Virus record (IMG/VR): IMGVR_UViG_3300031452_000018
Location: 1 to 24,140 of that record
Reading direction: 5' to 3' (one strand)
Source of the DNA: a virus
Taxonomy: Duplodnaviria; Caudoviricetes
DNA length: 24,140 nucleotides
Shown here: in pieces, positions 16,663 through 24,140 of the stretch
How positions within the stretch are numbered: the first letter of the stretch is position 1
How the letters are laid out: the number at the start of each line of letters is the position of its first letter
Position numbers and translations under genes: made by a program
Notes under the pieces: model-generated
Seen by the model: only the letters and a program-made list of their open reading frames with translations
What the model was told of the DNA's origin: nothing
The model's database searches: none

Positions 16663-16670
16663 TCGCGCCT

Positions 16671-17003
16671 TTAGACCGGCTCCGACCGCTTGAGGCCGAA
16701 CCAGCAAATAGGTTCTGCCGAGGTCGGCGTCTTGCCCATGGCGATCCACTCACCTTCGATGCGTTTCAGCAGATCACCCGGCTCGCCCGGCCAGAACGAC
16801 ATCGTTGTCGCGTAATCGAAGTCGCCCGGGTACACGCCGAGCGCTATCAGGCGTTCGATGACGTCCAGCGTGCAGCGGCGGATCTCCTCCTGACCCCGCA
16901 GACAGAGGTGCTCCCGCAGGGACTCGGCGATGAAAGGTACTTCGAGGAAGTCAATATCGGCCTCGGCGCGAAACTCCGATATCATACGTTCTATGTCAGA
17001 CAT
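16671..17003 (-). CDS. Orphan putative immunity protein, paralog of 17281-17631 (110 aa)
   Basis: Shares FIAESLRE..QEEIRRCTLDVI..GVYPGD..FWPGEP..LLKRIE.EWIAMG.TPT..PICWFGLKRS.PV. TAATG overlap with a toxin-tip remnant. Confidence 0.8.
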   Translation of the reverse strand: MSDIERMISEFRAEADIDFLEVPFIAESLREHLCLRGQEEIRRCTLDVIERLIALGVYPGDFDYATTMSFWPGEPGDLLKRIEGEWIAMGKTPTSAEPICWFGLKRSEPV

Positions 17004-17272
17004 TATGGACCCCAGTAGTGCAGCTTCCGAAAGATCACGCCGGGGATGTTGATATCAATAGCCTGCACCGTGGTGTCGGCCGAGATCAGGTGCTCGCTGA
17101 GGTTCGGTACCCGTGACGACGTCGACCTTGGCCTTGTGCGTCAGGCTCATCGCACCCGCGGTGGTCGATGCAACCGCGTGCACGGCGTCGTAGAGGGCCA
17201 GCAGCACGATGTCGGACCAGACCGAGGCCCCGTCGGTCGGGTCGGGCGATTCGTTGCCGAGGAAGCGCAGGC
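17003..17272 (-). pseudogene. Cassette P3b: portal remnant joined to the last 19 codons of a P3-like toxin
   Basis: RFLGNESPDPTDGASVWSDIVLLALYDAVHAV.. then SADTTVQ|AIDINIPGVIFRKLHYWGP*, versus P3 end PAIDVNVPGVVRRKLHY*. Confidence 0.8.
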
Positions 17273-17280
17273 TCGCGACT

Positions 17281-17631
17281 TCAGACCGGCCCAGATCGCT
17301 TGAGGCCGAACCAGCAAATAGGGTGCTCCAGCGTCGGCGTGGCGCCCATGGCGATCCACTCGGCTTCGATCCGCTTCAGCAGCGCCTCCGGTTCGCCCGG
17401 CCAGAACAGCATCGTCGTCGCATGATCGTAGTCGCCGGGGTACACGCCCCGCGCCATCAGGCGCCCGATCACATCGAGCGTGCAGCGGCGGATCTCCTCT
17501 TGGCTCCGCAGATCGAGATCCTCTCGCAGGGACTCGGCAATGAATGACACATCGAAGAAGTCGCGATCGATCTCGGCGCGGAGTTCTGAGGTAATTCTTG
17601 CGATTTCGGCTTCAAACATCATAAACCTCAA
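17281..17631 (-). CDS. Putative immunity protein for cassette P3 (113-116 aa)
   Basis: TTG start overlaps the P3 tip stop (alternative ATG at 17622). Intact and has a tandem paralog. Confidence 0.8.
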   Translation of the reverse strand: MRFMMFEAEIARITSELRAEIDRDFFDVSFIAESLREDLDLRSQEEIRRCTLDVIGRLMARGVYPGDYDHATTMLFWPGEPEALLKRIEAEWIAMGATPTLEHPICWFGLKRSGPV

Positions 17632-18910
17632 TAATGGAGCTTCCGCCGTACCACACCCGGAACGTTGACATCGATGGCCGGCGATCCGGGCGTCGACGTG
17701 ACTGGCCGCAGTGTGACCGTGCCAGCTTCGCCGGGCAGGCGGACCATCGATCCATCATCGAACGGAGCCGCCGTACCGCCCGCGCTCAGGTAATCGTAAT
17801 CTCGCTGCGCCGCGGAGAGACCACCGAACATCAGACGCGTCCTGGTCGAACTACCGGGCCTGCCGATCGGCTGCCCGTTGGGCCTGAGGAAGTCGCAGGT
17901 CCTCGCGATGGCGGCCTCCTTCGCCGCGCCCTCGATCCGAGCGATATCGGCCTCGGTCGCGACGTAGCCCGGCGGCTCCAGCCTCAGCAATGCACGGTTT
18001 TGTGGATCGATCTCCTTCAACGAGCGCCACGCTTGAATGTACCACGCGGCCCTGATCGGTTCCATGGCGTCGGGAGGAACTTCGGCAAGCGGTCGATTTT
18101 CTCCTTCGCCCTCCAGTCCAGCGGCATGTGCTGTCCCGATCGGGCTCAGTATGCCGAGGATGCCGCTCGGCTCGCTTGACGCCGTGCGCTTCGGGGCGAT
18201 GCCGGCCCCAGCAGTCCATCGTCCGTCCGGGTCGCGCCGCTGGTTCGGGTCGAAGTCGAGGGCGGAGCGCGCGGTCCCAGCTCGCACGATCTAGATCGCC
18301 TCCGCACCCGGATAGGTCCTGTCCTCGATCAGCTTCGCCTCGACGAGCCGCGCCGTGGTCTCGGCCGGCCAAAGCCCGAGCCCGGCGTAGATTTGGGTGG
18401 CCTACGCCTTGGCGAGTGCCACACCGGCCTGGCTCGCCGCATCCATCTGCCACAGCGGCCGGAACGCGAAGGTGAGCGCGGCCGGGTCGATGCCCTCCGA
18501 GCGCAGGGTCAGCCGGTCGAGCCGCTCCAGTTGCGGCCGCAGGTCGATCTCCTGGCGGGCCGAGTTCATGTCGTAGTAGTTGCGCGTGTCGCTGTCGCCC
18601 GTGGCCGAAAGACCCGCCGGCGACTGGCCGAGCAGCCGCGTCAGCGGGATGTCGGCCGCTCCTGCCGCCACCTGCAGGAAGTGCGGATCATCTAGGCAGG
18701 CCGGCGAGTCGATCCGCTGCCGCGCCAAGCTCTCGCCATCGCCGAGCAGGAGCAGGTTGTCGATCGATTTCATCGCCGACGCCTAGGCGAAGCGCACCGA
18801 GAGCTGCGCCGTGATGTCGGCCGAACTCAGGTGTTCGCTGAGATTCGGCACCGTAACGACGTCGACCTTGGCCTCGTGCATGAGCGAGGCCGCGCCCACC
18901 GTGGTCAGCG
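17628..18910 (-). pseudogene. Cassette P3: decayed 5'-truncated portal half plus open toxin tip (17628-18287)
   Basis: The portal part has TAG stops (~18783, 18402, ~18291) and small deletions near 18690-18710. The tip is open: LDFDPNQRRDPDGRWT..GGLSAAQRDYDYL..VRLPGEAGTVTLRPVTSTPGSPAIDVNVPGVVRRKLHY. Confidence 0.82.
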
Positions 18911-18949
18911 CGAATACTGTCCTTTCTGACCCGAATCCTCAGCCTGTTT

Positions 18950-19462
18950 CTACGCCGATGAATGCTCCGGGCTAAACACCAGCCCTGTCCCTTGCGGTTC
19001 TGTAAGCCAAAATTTCAGGGGTACACCATCCTCATCGAAATCATTATAACTCTCAAGCAGAAGCTTGAGCCCGAGTCGCAGGCAAGCAGCGACAATGTCG
19101 GGATCGATGTTCGGCATGGGAGTCACACCGTCCGCTAGTACTGTGATCCAGAGCACGGCCTCAATTTGTCCACTCAGGAGGTACACCACCAAGTCCTGCC
19201 CCAATTCGATCAGCCCGATGATACGGGTCAGCCAGGCCGAAACGTCGTTGTCGTCCTTACCCCTGAAGCTTGCCGTGGAGGCATAATGTCGATCCGCTAC
19301 TCGACCCGCGAGACGTCCCTCGGTCGCCATGGGCTCACCCACAATGTGGAGAAGCTCGACGGTGACATCGGCCTGATCCAAAAGCGGCTTCAAAAAAACC
19401 CACTCACTCCAAAGGCGCAAAGTCATATCGATCGGCTTGTCGCGTGGTGCATGAACAATCAT
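18950..19462 (-). CDS. Putative immunity protein for P2 (170 aa)
   Basis: AT-richer ORF starting 4 nt after the P2 stop, with an AGGAG RBS inside the toxin end. Confidence 0.75.
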   Translation of the reverse strand: MIVHAPRDKPIDMTLRLWSEWVFLKPLLDQADVTVELLHIVGEPMATEGRLAGRVADRHYASTASFRGKDDNDVSAWLTRIIGLIELGQDLVVYLLSGQIEAVLWITVLADGVTPMPNIDPDIVAACLRLGLKLLLESYNDFDEDGVPLKFWLTEPQGTGLVFSPEHSSA

Positions 19463-19466
19463 ACCT

Positions 19467-21008
19467 TTACTCTCCTAAATTTCCAATTATCTCTCCGTTG
19501 TAGATGATATCCCCGGTTGTCGTATCGAATAAACAAGCGTCAGCACCAGTTAGTCTCCTTAGCCGCTTAGCCAAATGAAGAGCGTCAGAGGCAGCGTTCG
19601 GGTCTAATTTCAGCACTCGGCAAGCATACCGGAAATTGCTCGTCGTAGCCACTGGCTGAAACAGGCTTTCATCACGTTCTCCAGTAATCGGGTCGGCTCC
19701 GTGGTGGAAAACGCGGGTGATGGGAGACACTCCTCCGCCACTCTCCGCCGTCCATTGCCCATCCGGATTGCGCGGTTGATCGGGAAAGTAGTCCGCGACC
19801 GGGCCGCTCGTGTCTCCGCCATTTGGGCCGCCTGGGTCGGTCGCACCCGCCCCTGTTTCGGCGAAGACCCCCTCCGCGCCCGGGTAGGTCCCGTCCTCGA
19901 CCAGCTGCGCCTCGACGAGCCGCGCCGTGGTCTCGGCCGGCCACAGCCCGAGCCCGGCGTAGATCTGGGTGGCTTGCGCCTTGGCGAGCGCCACACTGGC
20001 CTGGCTCGCGGCGTCCATCTGCCAGAGCGGACGGAACGCGAAGGTGAGCGCCGCTGGTTCGATCCCCTCCGAGCGCAGGATCAGCCGGTCGAGGCGCTCC
20101 AGTTGCGGCCGCAGGTCCACCTCCTGGCGGGCCGAGATCATGTCGTAGTAGTTGCGCGTGTCGCTGTCGCCCGTCGCCGAAAGACCCGCCGGCGACTGGC
20201 CGAGCAGCCGCGTCACCGGGATGTCGGCCGCGCCCGCCGCCACCTGGAGGAAGGTGCGCATCATCTCGGGCAGGCCGGCGAAGTCGATTTTTTGGCGCGC
20301 CCAGGTCTCGCCGTCGCCGAGCAAGAGCAGGTTGTTGATCGATTTCATGGCCGACGCATAGGCGAAGCGCGCGCTGAACTGCGCCGTGGTGTCGGCCGAC
20401 GACAGGTGCTCGGAGAGGTTCGGCACCGTGACGACGTCGACCTTGGCCTCATGCATCAGGCTCGTGGCGCCGGCCATGGTCAGCGCCACGGCGTGGATGG
20501 CGTCGTAGAGCGCCAAGAGCACGCTGTCGGACCAGACCGAGGCCCCCAGGCTCGGGTCGGGCCAGGCGTTGCCGAGGAAGCGCACCACGCGCGAGGGATG
20601 CAGCCGCAAGGCGCCGCGCGGCAGCGCATCGGGGTCGAGCGGGCGGGCCAGCGCGGCCGGATCGGTCTCGCCCGTGCCGATGATGACGGCGCCGCCACCG
20701 TAAAGCCGGCCCAGCACCAGCGCGCGCTGCACGGCGCGGCGCAGCCCGAGGCGACGTTCGGCCGCCTCCATGCGGGCCACGTCGGCGCGCTCGCCCGACC
20801 AGGCGCGCCACTCGCGCACAGTGTCGTAGGGCACGATGTCGACGACCTTGCGGGCCAGCCAGTCGCCCCGGTACATGGCCTCGATCTGGCCCCGGTCGAG
20901 GTCGAACAGCACGAAGCTGTCGTAAGCCGCCTTGTCCTTGCCGGCCCCGAGCGAGGCCGCGAGGTTCGACAGGCTGTCGCGCACGCCCGCCGTGAAGGTT
21001 GGAGGCAT
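19467..21008 (-). CDS. P2: portal with in-frame 41-aa deletion fused to a small predicted RNase-type tip (513 aa)
   Basis: Directly follows the terminase. QPRNPDGQWT at 19749-19778. Tip ..DALHLAKRLRRLTGADACLFDTTTGDIIYNGEIIGNLGE has HxxK and DxxTGD motifs (Ntox33-like, tentative). Confidence 0.82.
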   Translation of the reverse strand: MPPTFTAGVRDSLSNLAASLGAGKDKAAYDSFVLFDLDRGQIEAMYRGDWLARKVVDIVPYDTVREWRAWSGERADVARMEAAERRLGLRRAVQRALVLGRLYGGGAVIIGTGETDPAALARPLDPDALPRGALRLHPSRVVRFLGNAWPDPSLGASVWSDSVLLALYDAIHAVALTMAGATSLMHEAKVDVVTVPNLSEHLSSADTTAQFSARFAYASAMKSINNLLLLGDGETWARQKIDFAGLPEMMRTFLQVAAGAADIPVTRLLGQSPAGLSATGDSDTRNYYDMISARQEVDLRPQLERLDRLILRSEGIEPAALTFAFRPLWQMDAASQASVALAKAQATQIYAGLGLWPAETTARLVEAQLVEDGTYPGAEGVFAETGAGATDPGGPNGGDTSGPVADYFPDQPRNPDGQWTAESGGGVSPITRVFHHGADPITGERDESLFQPVATTSNFRYACRVLKLDPNAASDALHLAKRLRRLTGADACLFDTTTGDIIYNGEIIGNLGE

Positions 21009-21050
21009 GGCGGCTCGCAGGATGGGAGATGTGAATCGCTTGCCGCGGCT

Positions 21051-22274
21051 TCAAACCACGTCGAGCAGGCGGTAGTCGGCCCGTCGCACGGCTTCCAGCG
21101 CGTAGCGGAGTGCGTCGATGACGTGGTCGTGGCGGTCCTCGAGCACCGGCAGGATGTCGCCGGTGAGCGGGTCGGTGCGGTAGGAATAGAGCGTCAGTTC
21201 GTCGATGGCGTGCCGGCACTCCGGGTGGACCACGATGTCGTGGTCCTGCAGGAACGCCACGCCTTCCTCGACCGAGTTCTTGCCCTTCTTGGCGGGCCTG
21301 ATACGGAATTCCTCCCGGCGCAGGTGGTCGATCAGTTCGGGCCGGGCGCTGTCGCCCGTGATGGGCCAGGCCCTCGCCCCATGCGTGCCCTCCACGCCGC
21401 GGAACAGCGCCCCGATCTCGCCGATCGGGCAGCCGACCCGGTAGGCCTCGCGGTCGATGTAGATCAGCCCCTGGAACAGGAAGCAGCGCACCAGCACGGT
21501 GGGGTCGGCCGCGAAACCCCAATCGGCGCCGTAATAGGGCCGAGCGCTGTCCGGCACCTCCAGGCTGTCGATCCTCCAGCGGCGGAACACGCGCGTCTCC
21601 GCGTGGAGCTGATAGGCGCCTTCCCACACGTGGGCGTATTTCTCGAGATCCCGCGACCTGTCCCAAAGCCGCTCGGCGTCGAGCACGGCCGGGAACCACG
21701 GGTTGTCGGCGTAGCTCACTCGGGCCAGGATGGCATCGGGCCGCGGCGGCCCGCGGCGGAACATCGCGTCGACCGGGTCGGAGGGATGGCGCGGATTCCA
21801 GGTGAACCACAGTTCCGAACCGGCTTTGCGGATCGTCGGCACCAGGATGTCGAGCGAGCGCTGCGACACGGTGGCAGCCTCCTCGACCCAGGCAATGTCG
21901 ACGCCCTCCATGGACTTGATCGACTCCGGGTTCGACCGTAGGCCGGCGAACAGGAACAGCGAACCGTTGCGCCCGCGGATGGCCTCCGCGGTCGAGCGGT
22001 AGCGGCGCGTCAGGCCCAGTGCCGCGATGCGGTCGTCGAGGAGGCGCTTCGACGAGTCACGGATCGAGCGCTGGATTTCGCGCGCCGCCAGCACCCGCAG
22101 CGGCCGCTCGGCCGCCATCAGCACCAGGGCGGTGGCGATCGAATGTGACTTGCCGGAGCCGCGGCCGCCGTAGAAAGCCTTGTAGCGCGCTCGTTGGAAC
22201 AGGGACCGGAAAGCGTCCGGCAGCGCGATCTCGAGATCTTTCGGCGGGCGCGACGAACCGGACCGTGATGCCAT
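21051..22274 (-). CDS. terL: Terminase large subunit, PBSX family (407 aa)
   Basis: Walker A YGGRGSGKS, Walker B IAWVEEA, TWNP, YADNPW, nuclease GADWGF and DHVIDALRY. ATG at 22274 preferred because the longer start lies in a portal remnant. Confidence 0.93.
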   Translation of the reverse strand: MASRSGSSRPPKDLEIALPDAFRSLFQRARYKAFYGGRGSGKSHSIATALVLMAAERPLRVLAAREIQRSIRDSSKRLLDDRIAALGLTRRYRSTAEAIRGRNGSLFLFAGLRSNPESIKSMEGVDIAWVEEAATVSQRSLDILVPTIRKAGSELWFTWNPRHPSDPVDAMFRRGPPRPDAILARVSYADNPWFPAVLDAERLWDRSRDLEKYAHVWEGAYQLHAETRVFRRWRIDSLEVPDSARPYYGADWGFAADPTVLVRCFLFQGLIYIDREAYRVGCPIGEIGALFRGVEGTHGARAWPITGDSARPELIDHLRREEFRIRPAKKGKNSVEEGVAFLQDHDIVVHPECRHAIDELTLYSYRTDPLTGDILPVLEDRHDHVIDALRYALEAVRRADYRLLDVV

Positions 22275-22330
22275 GGGCGCCGTCGTCCTTTGTCGGCCGC
22301 GCGTTTCAACCTCACCGGAGCTTCGGGCGA

Positions 22331-22490
22331 TCAGGGCGTCTTGGCTCCCAGGCTCGAGTCGGGCCACGCGTTGCCGATGAAGCGCACCACGCGCGAGGGA
22401 TGCAGCCGCAAGGTGCCGCGGCCGGATGCCACCACGTCGTAGCTTACCGCTTCGCCGAACCAGGGGTCAGCAGGTCGCGGTCGATCGCGG
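22331..22490 (-). pseudogene. Short internal portal remnant
   Basis: PWFGEAVSYDVVASGRGTLRLHPSRVVRFIGNAWPDSSLGA matches the portal copies. Confidence 0.85.
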
Positions 22491-22603
22491 CGCGACTTCG
22501 CTTCCAGCACTGGAGCTGTGATGAACGATGATGCAACTGACTTAGTGGAAATCGATGTTTTTGAATTATCGATCATGGCATGTTATATATTTACTGTTGA
22601 GGT

Positions 22604-23134
22604 TCATCTGTCATACTGCTCGATGTCTATGGTGCCGTCAGAATTATAGGACATATTCCATCCATCTTCCGAGAATAAAATCCACTGGCTACTCTCCTGA
22701 GAACCAGGTTTAAATTGTACGTATAAAAAACCAGAAATATCAAATTTCATGTTCAAACTGTATATGTCTTGTGAAACATCGGCTGTTATCAGCTTCTGAC
22801 CACTAAGTCGACTGAGACAGAGATCGACTTCTGACTGATCGGGATCGAAACGGCTACATTTTAGATCGAATGCCTCTACACTCCACAGACCGTCATCGAT
22901 GAACAGGCTCCACTGTCCCGTGGGGACGACGACACGTCGGCTCAGAGCTGGGTTAACTGGCTTATCGACCGAAGTCGAACCGTTTATCGGACCCTGGACT
23001 ACGAGATGAGGCTTGCCAAATTCCATCCGCAAAATTCGACTCTCTCCACAGCGGACGAACCACACGTACTCTCCAATGAGAGGTGCAAATAGATTACGCG
23101 CTTCCTCAGCGATAACCTGCCTCTGTTTAGTCAT
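22604..23134 (-). CDS. Putative immunity protein for P1 (176 aa)
   Basis: Markedly AT-rich. ATGA overlap with the P1 stop and GAGGTGA RBS within the toxin tip. Confidence 0.78.
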   Translation of the reverse strand: MTKQRQVIAEEARNLFAPLIGEYVWFVRCGESRILRMEFGKPHLVVQGPINGSTSVDKPVNPALSRRVVVPTGQWSLFIDDGLWSVEAFDLKCSRFDPDQSEVDLCLSRLSGQKLITADVSQDIYSLNMKFDISGFLYVQFKPGSQESSQWILFSEDGWNMSYNSDGTIDIEQYDR

Positions 23135-24140
23135 GGATACTCACCTCGTTTGACACTGAGCGCAATCGATAGCAGCTCTTGATAGTCTGTTATGCCTTGG
23201 CCGGTGATCGCGTCGTGGAAAATTCTTTGTTGTCTTCTATCCAGACCAGCGGCGTTCGCGGCAGCCTTGGCGATCTTTAGCCCCTGCGGATCGTCCGCCG
23301 AAGCCGCCGGAGTAACTGGAGTTCCGTCGGGTGCATGAGGACCAGCATACGGCTTTTCCCCGCCCGCGCCACCCCGGGCAGTCCATCGCCCCTGGGGATC
23401 GCGGGGTTGGGCCGGAAAGAAATCCAGGACCCCACCGCTCGGAGCCCCGCCATTCGCGTCCTCTGGGTCGGCCGTGTCTGCTTGCCCCGCTTCCGCGAAG
23501 ATCGCTTGCGCGTTTGGGTAGACTCCCTCCTCGATCAGCTGCGACTCGACGAGCCGCGCCGTGGTCTCGGCCGGCCACAGCCCGAGCCCGACGTAGATCT
23601 GGGTGGCTTGCGCCTTGGCGAGCGCCACATCGGCCTTGGCGGCGGCGTCGAGTTGCCACAACGGCCGGAACGCGAAGCTGAGCGCCGCGGGGTCGATGCC
23701 CTCGGAGCGCAGGATCAGCCGGTCGAGCCGCTCCAGTTGCGGCCGCAGGTCGATCTCCTGGCGGGCCGACACCATGTCGTAGTAGTTGCGCGTGTCGCTG
23801 TCGCCCGTCGCCGAAAGCCCGGCCGGCGACTGGCCAAGCAGCCGCGTCACGGGAATGTCGGCGGCACCCGCCGCCACCTGCAGGAAGGTCCTGACCATCT
23901 CGGGCAGGCCGGCGAAGTCGATCCGCTGCCTGGCCCAGCTCTCGCCGTCGCCGAGCAAGAGCAGGTTGTTGATCGATTTCATGGCGGACGCATAGGCGAA
24001 CCGTGCCGAGAGCTGCGCCGTGGTGTCGGCCGAAGAGAGGTGCTCGGAGAGGTTCGGCACCGTGACGACGTCGACCTTGGCCTCATGCATCAGGCTCGTG
24101 GCGCCGGCCATGGTCAGCGCCACGGCGTGGATGGCGTCGT
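23131..24140 (-). CDS. P1: portal (5' end outside window) fused to a short helical toxin-like tip
   Basis: Portal C-half, QPRDPQGRWT at 23380-23409, then GPHAPDGTPVTP and GLDRRQQRIFHDAITGQGITDYQELLSIA. Confidence 0.82.
   Translation of the reverse strand, partial: DAIHAVALTMAGATSLMHEAKVDVVTVPNLSEHLSSADTTAQLSARFAYASAMKSINNLLLLGDGESWARQRIDFAGLPEMVRTFLQVAAGAADIPVTRLLGQSPAGLSATGDSDTRNYYDMVSARQEIDLRPQLERLDRLILRSEGIDPAALSFAFRPLWQLDAAAKADVALAKAQATQIYVGLGLWPAETTARLVESQLIEEGVYPNAQAIFAEAGQADTADPEDANGGAPSGGVLDFFPAQPRDPQGRWTARGGAGGEKPYAGPHAPDGTPVTPAASADDPQGLKIAKAAANAAGLDRRQQRIFHDAITGQGITDYQELLSIALSVKRGEYP

Larger units (their letters stand above)
1..24140 (-). mobile_element. Prophage/GTA-like head-tail morphogenesis region carrying a portal-fused polymorphic toxin array (extends beyond the window)
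   Basis: Co-oriented terminase, portal, head, neck and tail genes in near-canonical order with frequent ATGA/TGATG overlaps. No integrase, replication or lysis genes are visible in the window. Confidence 0.9.

Noticed and set aside
2366-21941. Long plus-strand ORFs (2366-3652, 6451-8805, 11133-13097, 19701-21941)
   Set aside because: They are antisense shadows of high-GC minus-strand genes, recur opposite each portal copy and show no recognisable motifs.
22491-22576. ATG-started 81-aa ORF 22331-22576 as a real gene or small terminase
   Set aside because: Its 3' part is a portal fragment and its 5' part is AT-rich cassette flank with no terS features.
1820-24140. Calling the DUF1073 proteins anti-CBASS Acb1
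   Set aside because: The family is often labelled this way because of portal-Acb1 fusions, but no 2H phosphoesterase domain with paired HxT/S motifs is visible in any tip.
524-24140. Multiple portal copies as an assembly artefact
   Set aside because: Copies differ by many synonymous and non-synonymous changes and have distinct indels, tips and neighbours. Long reads would still be the definitive check.
1-24140. Diversity-generating retroelement, shufflon or CRISPR array as the source of the repeats
   Set aside because: No reverse transcriptase, recombinase or cas gene, no adenine-specific variation noticed, all cassettes are co-oriented, and there are no regularly spaced short repeats.

Overview
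High-GC window, probably from an alphaproteobacterium, occupied almost entirely by a minus-strand phage/GTA-like morphogenesis operon. The head module has a PBSX-type large terminase, DUF1073/HI1409-type portal, DUF2213 head-maturation protein, cement protein, DUF2184-type major capsid and neck genes. The tail is RcGTA-like (tube, chaperones with a -1 frameshift, short tape measure, DUF2460, DUF2163, NlpC/P60). The portal gene is present as four long copies (one cut by the window edge), two toxin-bearing silent cassettes and four short remnants. Each of the six long or silent copies carries a different toxin-like C-terminal domain behind a conserved QPRDPDGRWT motif and is followed by a small, AT-richer immunity-like gene. 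This is the architecture of a polymorphic toxin system (full-length toxins plus orphan CT/immunity cassettes) using the phage portal as carrier. Family names come from motif recognition by eye, not from database searches.
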